DNA of 36,151 nucleotides from Vicinamibacteria bacterium (lineage in GTDB: Bacteria; Acidobacteriota; Vicinamibacteria; Fen-336; JAGNNV01). The notes under the pieces were generated by a model that was not told the origin of the DNA, searched no databases, and was given only the letters and a program-made list of their open reading frames with translations. Location of the stretch: NCBI GenBank assembly GCA_035432945.1, contig DAORUA010000002.1, forward strand, positions 1-36,151, in the 5' to 3' direction. Both the position numbers and the translations under genes were made by a program. Below are positions 1 to 7,348 of the stretch, one piece after another (within the stretch, counting starts at the first letter, position 1; every line of letters starts with the position of its first letter).

Positions 1-42
1 TGAGTTCTGCGCGGAGATTTTCTGGAAGAGGTCCTTAGTTCC

Positions 43-1341
43 TCACGGCACTCCGAGAGCGCCGTCGAGGAGACCGGCCGGCATTCCGACATCGACGCCG
101 CCGCTGCGATTCGCGCGGGAGGCAAATGCTTCGATCCCGGCCAGGAGGTTGAAGGCCACCGCCCTGCCGGAGGCGTCGATCCGGCCGACCACCGCGCCGA
201 CCCAGTCTTCCTTCTTGAGGTCGGCCAGGGTGATGGCGGGCATCCGTTCCACGATGTCCTCCATGCCGCGGCCGCCGCGCGGACCGGAAGCGCCCGGGCT
301 GCGCCCGCCCATGCCCATGGCCGGAGGAGCGCCCGGATTCTGGCCTCGCGCCTCCGCGGGCCGGGCTCCGGCCGGACTGGCTCCGGCCGGGGCGCCCATG
401 CCTCCGCCCATGCCCATGCCAGGCCTCGCGCCTCCGCCGAACATCGCGGCCATTTCCGCGGGGATCCTTCGAATCGAAGCGCCGGGGACAAGGGAGATCG
501 TGAACTTCTGGTTCGACTGGAGATCCTTGACGCTCAGCAGGCCGGTGGCCGGATCGATCTTCTCGATGGCGAGGGCCACGGTCTTGAAGGAACCGAACAC
601 CACGCGCTCGGCGGTGACCTGCTTGCCGTCCTCCGATCTCGTGCCCAGGACCCGGACCTGGTCAGCCGGGGCCATGTCCGCGATTCCGGCGGGCTTCGCA
701 TCGTCGAACTTCACCGAGGTGTCGGAGTAGCGGTGAAGGGTCGCCTTCTTCGCGTTCACGACCAGGGTGACGGGCGCCGCGGGCGCACCCGCGCTCGGGG
801 TCGCGCGGTTGACGGTCTGGAGGATGAACTCGCCGTTGCCGGGATCGGCGGAGATCAGGGTTCCCGCGATGCCGCGCTCGCGCCAGGCGCGCTGCTCGCT
901 CTCGTTTCGCGCCGCGAGATCGGTCTGGGCCATGACCACCACGCGGAGGGCGCCCTCGATCCGGCCTTCATTCCTGGCCCCGCCCCGAACGAGCACGCGG
1001 TCGCCGGCGGCGATGCCGTCGAAACCGATGGGAACCGCGTTCTGCAGCGACTTCTCACCCGGCGCCACCTTCATCACCGTGGCCTTTTCCGCGAGGGCGA
1101 CGGTGAGACTCGCGCCATCCTCGACCTTCAACTTCAGGGTTCGAGCGGCGGCGTCCACCGATTCGACCTGACCGAGGACGCTCAGCGTCGGTGGGGCGGG
1201 GGTCTGGGCGAAGGTGGACGGACCCGCGAGGCTCAGGCTCAGGGCCAGACCGGCGATCCACGACGTCACAATCCTGTTCAAGCGCACACTCCATGAAGTA
1301 GACGAAGGCGAGGCCCAGGGTCCCCGGAGGCACCTTCTCAT
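43..1341 (-). CDS. Secreted hypothetical protein with repeated small beta-domain modules (DUF5666-like pattern, unverified) and a Gly/Met/Pro-rich low-complexity segment
   Basis: 432-codon ORF. The ATG at 1341 is preceded by AAGGAG (reverse complement of 1345-1350). A hydrophobic signal-like segment IAGLALSLSLAGPSTFAQ follows a long N-region. An alternative TTG start at 1281 would give a more canonical 26-aa signal peptide. The pattern x-V-x-V...GD-x-V-x-V-x-G recurs several times. No catalytic motif recognised. Confidence 0.6.
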   Translation of the reverse strand: MRRCLRGPWASPSSTSWSVRLNRIVTSWIAGLALSLSLAGPSTFAQTPAPPTLSVLGQVESVDAAARTLKLKVEDGASLTVALAEKATVMKVAPGEKSLQNAVPIGFDGIAAGDRVLVRGGARNEGRIEGALRVVVMAQTDLAARNESEQRAWRERGIAGTLISADPGNGEFILQTVNRATPSAGAPAAPVTLVVNAKKATLHRYSDTSVKFDDAKPAGIADMAPADQVRVLGTRSEDGKQVTAERVVFGSFKTVALAIEKIDPATGLLSVKDLQSNQKFTISLVPGASIRRIPAEMAAMFGGGARPGMGMGGGMGAPAGASPAGARPAEARGQNPGAPPAMGMGGRSPGASGPRGGRGMEDIVERMPAITLADLKKEDWVGAVVGRIDASGRAVAFNLLAGIEAFASRANRSGGVDVGMPAGLLDGALGVP

Positions 1342-1402
1342 CCGCTCCTTAAGTAACGGTTAAGGCAGACTTTGCACTCCAGGCGCCGGGGGCGGTCTCG
1401 AG

Positions 1403-1440
1403 GTCGGTTTCCTGGGCTCCTAGGAAGAACGGAAACCGAC
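1403..1440. promoter_or_regulatory. 10-bp perfect inverted repeat GTCGGTTTCC-N18-GGAAACCGAC in a divergent promoter region
   Basis: It lies between the divergent starts at 1341 (minus strand) and 1517 (plus strand). The loop contains a TCCTAGGA palindrome. Confidence 0.35.
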
Positions 1441-1516
1441 CCATCATCTTAGACCGGGCGGCGGTCCCTTGGGTTGAGGACAAACTCCGCATCTCCCGTG
1501 ACATGATCTCGACCGC

Positions 1517-2806
1517 ATGAGCCACTCAGCGAGATACGACGCCATGGTCGAGAGGGTCCGCGCTCTCTACGACCGGAACCGACAGAAAGGCAGGGCTCCC
1601 TGGTGCGGTCACGACTACGACTTCGTCTGTCCGTCCACCGGGACCTATCCCTTCCAGTGGTTCTGGGATTCCTGCTTCCACGCCATCGTCCTCGCGCGCT
1701 ACGACATGGATCGGGCGCGCTCGGAAATCCGCAGTCTGCTCAAGAACCAGCCGGATGACGGCTTCGTCGGACACGTGACTTTCTGGCAGCGCGAAGCCTT
1801 CGAGGAGATGCTCAAGGAATACTCGATCGCGTACCGCACGCCCTATCTGTCCGACTGCATCCAGCCGCCCCTTCTCGCGGAGGCTCTCTTCGCCATTTCG
1901 CGCGGCGTGGGCGGGGCCGCGGTGCGCGACGAACTGCTGCCGAAGGTGCGGCGCTACTACGACTGGATCGACCGCATGCGCGATCCTGATCGCGACGGTC
2001 TCATCGCCATTCTCCAGCCCGACGAGTCCGGGCTCGACCACATTCCCAAGTACGACCGGTATCTCGGCGTCACGAACCCCACCCGGGACGAATTCACCGC
2101 GGCCTGGCAGCGCGCGGTGGGCCCCTACGCGGAGATGCAGCGCGATCACGACAAGATGTTCGCGGCCGATCGCTTCGTGGTGGAGGACGTCCTGGTCAAC
2201 ACCATCTACGCGGAGAACGAGCGCGTGCTCGCCGAGCTGCACGAGGAGGCGGGGGACCGGGAGGCGGGCAAGGTCATGCGCGAACGCGCGGCGAAAACCA
2301 CCGCGTCGCTCGTGAACAAGTGCTGGGACCAGGCGACGGGTCTGTTCTACGACCTCGCGGGGAGGCGCGAAGAGCTCCTGAAGGTCAGCACCGTGACTTC
2401 GCTCATGCCCATCCTCCTTCCCGATCTTCCCCGCGAGATGGCCGGGGCGCTCGCGAAGCACATCGCGAATCCGAAGGAGTACGCCGCGAAGTACCCCGTC
2501 CCCTCCACCGCGCTCAACGAACCGCTCTATATGGCGCCTTCGGACGGCCGCCCCGAACTGGATTCGAAGCTGCTGTGGCGCGGCCCGTCGTGGATCAACA
2601 CCAACTGGTACATCGCCCGCGGCCTCAGGCGCCACGGCTTCGTCGACCTCGCCCGCGCCATCGAAGACAGGTCGGGCGAGCTCATCGAGAAGGGCGGCTT
2701 CCGCGAGTACTACGACCCCTACACGGGCGAGGGCTTCGGAGCCCACGCCTTCTCCTGGACCGGCCTCGTCCTCAACATGCTCGCCGACCACGAAGGAGTC
2801 GCTTGA
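1517..2806 (+). CDS. GH63-like (alpha/alpha)6 six-hairpin glycoside hydrolase (MGH1-like; glucosyl-/mannosyl-glycerate hydrolase-like)
   Basis: 429-aa ORF. Motifs YPFQWFWDSCFHAIVL, WRGPSWINTNWYIARGL and FREYYDPYTGEGFGAHAFSWTG are typical of the small bacterial GH63/trehalase-like six-hairpin enzymes. No signal peptide, so cytoplasmic. Its stop overlaps the next gene's start. Confidence 0.75.
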   Translation: MSHSARYDAMVERVRALYDRNRQKGRAPWCGHDYDFVCPSTGTYPFQWFWDSCFHAIVLARYDMDRARSEIRSLLKNQPDDGFVGHVTFWQREAFEEMLKEYSIAYRTPYLSDCIQPPLLAEALFAISRGVGGAAVRDELLPKVRRYYDWIDRMRDPDRDGLIAILQPDESGLDHIPKYDRYLGVTNPTRDEFTAAWQRAVGPYAEMQRDHDKMFAADRFVVEDVLVNTIYAENERVLAELHEEAGDREAGKVMRERAAKTTASLVNKCWDQATGLFYDLAGRREELLKVSTVTSLMPILLPDLPREMAGALAKHIANPKEYAAKYPVPSTALNEPLYMAPSDGRPELDSKLLWRGPSWINTNWYIARGLRRHGFVDLARAIEDRSGELIEKGGFREYYDPYTGEGFGAHAFSWTGLVLNMLADHEGVA

Positions 2807-4230
2807 AGAGGAACGCTCTCGCGGGCGCGCTCCTGGTCGCGTCGACGGCATTCGCAGCCGCCGAAGATGCCCCCCGCGTCATCAAGGCCCACTTCACCCC
2901 GAAACAGCAACAGGTCGATCGCTACGTCCAGGTGCCCTTCGACGTCACGCCGGGCACGACGCGCATCGACATCGAACTGAAGTACGACCGTTCGAACGGC
3001 GAGAACGTGGTGGACCTCGGCCTCCTCGAACCCGGCTCTCTCGAACTGGGCACCCGGGCCTTCCGCGGCTGGACGGGCGGGGAGAGAAGCGCGATCTTCG
3101 TGAGCGCCACCGATGCGACGCCGGGCTACTGGCCCGGCCCCATCCAGGCCGGCCGATGGAACGTCGGTCTCGGCCTCTACAAGGTCGGAGCCGCCGGAGT
3201 CGATGTCGAGGTCACGGTTCGCACCTCCGTAGCACCTCTGAGCGCGGCGATGCCCTCGTTGCCGGCCCGCGCGAAAGAGCCGATCCGCACCGGACCCGCC
3301 TGGTACTCGGGAGCCCTCCACGCGCACACCCACCACAGCGACGGCGCTCTTTCCGCGCAGGCCCTCGCGCAGAAAGCGCGAGCTGAAGGACTCGACTTCC
3401 TCGCCATCACCGATCACAACAACACCGCGTCCCAGCGCGAGATCATCGACGTTCCCGGCCTCCTCACCCTCCTTGGCGAGGAGGTCACGACCCCGGGCGG
3501 TCACGCCAACGTGTGGGGCCTCGGCGGCGCGCGCGACTTCGTCGACTTCCGCGTCTCGCCCGGTGATCCCGCGATCCACACCCTGTTCCGCGCGGCCGCT
3601 GGACGCGGCGCCCTCATCGGCATCAACCACCCGTACTCGGCCTGCGTCGCCTGTTCCTGGACTCACCCGGTGCCGGATGCGGTGAACACCATCGAGATCA
3701 CGGGCCGCGAGCCCGCGGAGATCGTGAGAGCGGTCGCGTTGTGGGACATGCTGCTCACCGCGGGCCGCCGGGTGACCGCGATCGGCGTGAGCGACTGGCA
3801 CCGGGGCGATACGCCCATCGGCGCGGCCAGTGTTCGGGTGTGGGCGAACGAGCTGTCGACCCGGGCGATCCTCGATTCGATCCGCGCCGGCCGGGTGATC
3901 GTCATGGCCGATGCCGCGACCGCGCCTCCCGATGTCCGCGTGACCTGGGCCTCGAAAGAAGCGCGCGTGGGCGATACGCTGACTCTCGCGCGCGGCGACG
4001 CCTATGCCCTCGATGTCGCGGTGGCCGTGGATGCGCCGCTCTACCGCGGGGCGAAGGCGGAGGTGTTCTGGAACGGAGAGCGGATCGCGGGAGGAGAGGT
4101 CGACGCCGGGAAGTTCCGGATCGAGCGCTTCGCCTCCACGAGCGGCTACCTGCGCGTCCACATCCTGGCCGCGAATGGCGCGCCTCTTGCGGTCACCAAC
4201 CCGGTCTGGATCCGGACGACCGGCCGCTGA
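2803..4230 (+). CDS. Secreted PHP-domain metallohydrolase (CehA/McbA-like) with an N-terminal beta-sandwich region
   Basis: The TTG at 2803 is in frame and overlaps the upstream stop (TTGA). The N-terminus LKRNALAGALLVASTAFAAAE is signal-peptide-like. LHAHTHHSDG, FLAITDHNN and INHPY motifs fit a PHP-type metal site. The ORF-track extension back to 2320 lies inside the upstream gene and is treated as spurious. Confidence 0.7.
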   Translation: MKRNALAGALLVASTAFAAAEDAPRVIKAHFTPKQQQVDRYVQVPFDVTPGTTRIDIELKYDRSNGENVVDLGLLEPGSLELGTRAFRGWTGGERSAIFVSATDATPGYWPGPIQAGRWNVGLGLYKVGAAGVDVEVTVRTSVAPLSAAMPSLPARAKEPIRTGPAWYSGALHAHTHHSDGALSAQALAQKARAEGLDFLAITDHNNTASQREIIDVPGLLTLLGEEVTTPGGHANVWGLGGARDFVDFRVSPGDPAIHTLFRAAAGRGALIGINHPYSACVACSWTHPVPDAVNTIEITGREPAEIVRAVALWDMLLTAGRRVTAIGVSDWHRGDTPIGAASVRVWANELSTRAILDSIRAGRVIVMADAATAPPDVRVTWASKEARVGDTLTLARGDAYALDVAVAVDAPLYRGAKAEVFWNGERIAGGEVDAGKFRIERFASTSGYLRVHILAANGAPLAVTNPVWIRTTGR

Positions 4231-6527
4231 TGTCCCTCCCGCTGCGCCTGGCCGCGGGACTCGCGTGCGGTTTGCTGCTCTCGCCCGCGCGGGGCGCGGC
4301 CTCGCCCGGCGACGAACTCGTCACACCGGTCCGCATCGGACGCGCCGACGCGCCCCTCGTCATCTCGATGTGGGCGCAGCAGGAGTATTCGCACCTCGCC
4401 GCCCGCGAAGACATGGCCGCGACCTTCCACGAGATCTTCCGGCAGTGGGCGCTCGCTCATCCCGACATCCGGATCGACATCTCGGTGATGCCCGCCCTCG
4501 AGCTGCACAAGGCGAAGCTCCTGATGGCCGCCGCGAACGACCGGCTTCCCGACGTGGCCTCCATCGACAGCTTCTGGGTGCCCCTGTTCACCCCCGGCAA
4601 ACAGATCCAGCCTCTCGATCCGTACTGGCCGAAGGAAGACCGCGACGATTTCCTTCCCTTCACCATCGATACGCTGTCCGATGCCGCGGGCCATGTCTAC
4701 GGCATGTGGCACGGCACCGACTGCCGTGTCCTCTACTACCGCAAGGACCTGGTTCCGAAACCGCCGCAGACCTGGGACCAGCTCATCGAGATCGCGAGCC
4801 GGATCTCCCGCGAGAAGAAGATCTCCGGGTACGTCTTCAATGCGGGCCGCTGGGAAGGGGCGGTGTTCGATCACCTGCCCATGTTCTGGGGCCAGGGCGG
4901 GGAACTCGTGGACGGGAAAGGCGCGCCCGTCTTCGGCCTCCCGCCGAATCGCGAAAAGATGGTCCGGGTCCTGCAGTTCATGCGGGACACCATCACGAAG
5001 GGCGCCTCGCCAAGCTCGGTCCTCGCGAACAACGACTACCAGCAGCTCTCCTCGGCCGCGATCTCGGGCGACACCGCGATGTTCCTCGGCGGCAGCTGGC
5101 AGCTTCGCGATCTGGAGCCGAGTCTCTCGAAGGAACAGTTCGCGTTGTGGGACGTGGCCCCCATTCCGCAGCGCGAGGCGGGTGTGGTCTCCACCGGCGC
5201 GGGCGGGTGGATCTGGGTGAGCTTCGCGCAGGACCCGGTGAAAGCGAAGGCGGCGGCGGAACTCATCCAGTTCATCGAGTCCTCGAAGAACGTGGGCGTG
5301 ATCAGCCAGCTCGCGCACCAGCTTCCGGCCCGGAAGAGCGTGTATCGGCAGTTCCCGTTCTTCAGCGAGGATCCGTTCCACGCGCGCTTCGGGGAGTGGC
5401 TCGCGGGCGCCCGCGCCCGCCCCGCGGTCCTCATCTATCCGACGATCTCCGAACAGCTCCAGCTTGCCATCGGGTACGCGGTCTCCGGCGACAAGACCCC
5501 GGAACAGGCGGTCGATGGGGCGTGGGCCGAGGTCTTGAAGGTGGCGGAGCGTCAGAATGCGGGCGCGGCGCCACCGCCCGCCTTCGATCCGCTGATGTTC
5601 GCGCCGGGTCTGCTGACCGTGCTTCTGCTCGCCTTCGGCCTCCTCGCGGTGTGGCGCGAGAACCGCGCGCTCGTGGCCTGGCTCGCCCCCGCGCTGGCGC
5701 TCGCGTCCGCGTTCCTTCTCTATCCGATGCTGGAGTTGATCCGCCTCTCCGCCACCAACACCACCACGGAAGGGGCGGGGTACTCGTACACCTCGACGAG
5801 CCTTCAGTCCGTGGCCACCGACCCGGGCCTGCCCGGCATGATCTTCGTGACCCTGCTCTTCGTGACCGCCTCGGTCGTGCTCCAACTGGTCCTCGGCCTC
5901 GGCCTCGCCGTGCTCATCGACGCGGCGCGGCGGCGGGGGACCTGGGGCACCATGTTCGCGCGGGCCTCGGTGGTGAGCGCCTGGGTGATTCCCGGCGTTC
6001 TCATCGGCGTGCTGTGGCGGATCCTGCTCATGGAGAACCGCGCGGGGATTGTGACCTACACGGGCTCGATGTTCGGCCTTCCCGCCCTGCCCTGGTTGTC
6101 CTCGGGCTCGTTCGCGCTCGCCTCCGTGGTGGCCGCGAACGTCTGGCGCGGGTCCGCGTTCAGCATGATCCTCCAGTTCGCGGGGTTGATGCGCATACCG
6201 AAGGAACTCCATGAGGCCGCGGATCTCGAAGGTCTCACCCGCTCGCAGCGGCTGCGCTGGCTCATCCTGCCCCAGCTCAAACCCATCCTCGCCCTGAACC
6301 TGGTGCTCATCACGATTTCGACCTTGAACACGTTCGACATGATCCTGCCCTTGACCGGCGGGGGTCCGGCCCGGCAGACCGAGGTGATCGCGCTCTACAT
6401 GTACCGCTCGGCATTCTTCTCGCTGGAGGCGGGGCGCTCGGCGGCCATCGCCACGGTGATGCTCGTCGTGAACCTCGCCCTCGCCCTGGTGGCGGTGCGG
6501 GCCATGCGGCGTCAGGCGGCCTCATGA
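4230..6527 (+). CDS. Carbohydrate ABC transporter: periplasmic solute-binding domain fused in-frame to a MalF/UgpA-type permease
   Basis: The ATG at 4230 overlaps the upstream stop (TGATG). Signal-like N-terminus MSLPLRLAAGLACGLLLSPARGAAS. About 440 aa are family-1 sugar-SBP-like. A linker AGAAPPPAFDP is followed by an extra TM FAPGLLTVLLLAFGLLAVW. A 6-TM permease core follows, with the EAA motif HEAADLEGLTRSQRLRWLILPQLKP. No in-frame stop separates the two halves. Confidence 0.8.
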   Translation: MSLPLRLAAGLACGLLLSPARGAASPGDELVTPVRIGRADAPLVISMWAQQEYSHLAAREDMAATFHEIFRQWALAHPDIRIDISVMPALELHKAKLLMAAANDRLPDVASIDSFWVPLFTPGKQIQPLDPYWPKEDRDDFLPFTIDTLSDAAGHVYGMWHGTDCRVLYYRKDLVPKPPQTWDQLIEIASRISREKKISGYVFNAGRWEGAVFDHLPMFWGQGGELVDGKGAPVFGLPPNREKMVRVLQFMRDTITKGASPSSVLANNDYQQLSSAAISGDTAMFLGGSWQLRDLEPSLSKEQFALWDVAPIPQREAGVVSTGAGGWIWVSFAQDPVKAKAAAELIQFIESSKNVGVISQLAHQLPARKSVYRQFPFFSEDPFHARFGEWLAGARARPAVLIYPTISEQLQLAIGYAVSGDKTPEQAVDGAWAEVLKVAERQNAGAAPPPAFDPLMFAPGLLTVLLLAFGLLAVWRENRALVAWLAPALALASAFLLYPMLELIRLSATNTTTEGAGYSYTSTSLQSVATDPGLPGMIFVTLLFVTASVVLQLVLGLGLAVLIDAARRRGTWGTMFARASVVSAWVIPGVLIGVLWRILLMENRAGIVTYTGSMFGLPALPWLSSGSFALASVVAANVWRGSAFSMILQFAGLMRIPKELHEAADLEGLTRSQRLRWLILPQLKPILALNLVLITISTLNTFDMILPLTGGGPARQTEVIALYMYRSAFFSLEAGRSAAIATVMLVVNLALALVAVRAMRRQAAS

Positions 6528-7348
6528 AGAAGCGCGCCGATCGGCCCATGCAGCTGGCCCTCCTCCTGGTCGCGGCCGCGTTCCTGCTGCCGCAGCTCTG
6601 GCTCTTCTCCCTGTCCACCAAGACCAAGGCCCAGGTCTACGAGTACCCGCCGAAGCTGATCTCCGAAAACGCGTCGCTGCGGAACTACGCCGCGGTGATC
6701 GAGAAGACACAGATTCCCTTCTACCTGTGGAACTCGGCGCGCGTGGCCGTGCTCGCCACCGCTTTGACCCTGCTCCTCGGGATCCCCGCCGCCTACGTGC
6801 TCTCCCGCGAGAGATTCAAACGCCGCGACGGCATCGTGTTCCTCTTCCTGGCCGCGCAGATGGTGTCGCCGCTCATCCTGCTCGTGCCCATCTACGGCCT
6901 GGTGGCGAAGCTCCATCTGCTCGACACCCATGCGGGTCTCGTGCTCGTCTATTCGGCCATCCAGATTCCGTTCACGGTGGTGGTGCTCAAGAGCTTCTTC
7001 GACGGCCTGCCCACGTCGCTCTTCGAGGCCGCGCGCCTCGACGGCTGCTCGCGCTTCTCGGTCTTCCGCCTCGTGGCCCTGCCCCTCCTCGGCCCTGGTC
7101 TCGCCTCCGTCGCCATCTTCAACCTGGCCGCGTACTGGTCCGAGTTCTGTCTCGCCCTCGTCCTTCTCGACTCGCAGGCCCGGTTCACCATTCCCGTCGG
7201 GCTCTTCAGCTTCCAGAGCGGCTACGAGACGGAGTGGCACCTGGTCGCGGCCGCGAGCTTCATCGGACTTCTGCCCGTGCTGCTCGCCTTCATTATGCTG
7301 CAGCGGTTCTTTGTCGCCGGCCTCACCGCGGGCGCCACGAAAGGGTGA
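6524..7348 (+). CDS. Carbohydrate ABC transporter permease (MalG/UgpE-type)
   Basis: 274-aa ORF with an ATGA overlap onto the upstream gene. Six hydrophobic segments and the EAA motif FEAARLDGCSRFSVFRLVALPLLGP. Confidence 0.9.
   Translation: MKKRADRPMQLALLLVAAAFLLPQLWLFSLSTKTKAQVYEYPPKLISENASLRNYAAVIEKTQIPFYLWNSARVAVLATALTLLLGIPAAYVLSRERFKRRDGIVFLFLAAQMVSPLILLVPIYGLVAKLHLLDTHAGLVLVYSAIQIPFTVVVLKSFFDGLPTSLFEAARLDGCSRFSVFRLVALPLLGPGLASVAIFNLAAYWSEFCLALVLLDSQARFTIPVGLFSFQSGYETEWHLVAAASFIGLLPVLLAFIMLQRFFVAGLTAGATKG

Noticed and set aside
2320-2802. Upstream in-frame extensions of real genes in the ORF track: 2320-2802, 3741-4229, 6727-7344, 13445-13864 (-), 23521-24498 (-), 31684-32292 (-), 32745-32774 (-).
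   Set aside because: The extensions overlap the preceding well-supported gene in another frame and translate to Arg/Pro-rich junk. Sensible starts with signal peptides or conserved N-termini lie at the downstream positions I used.
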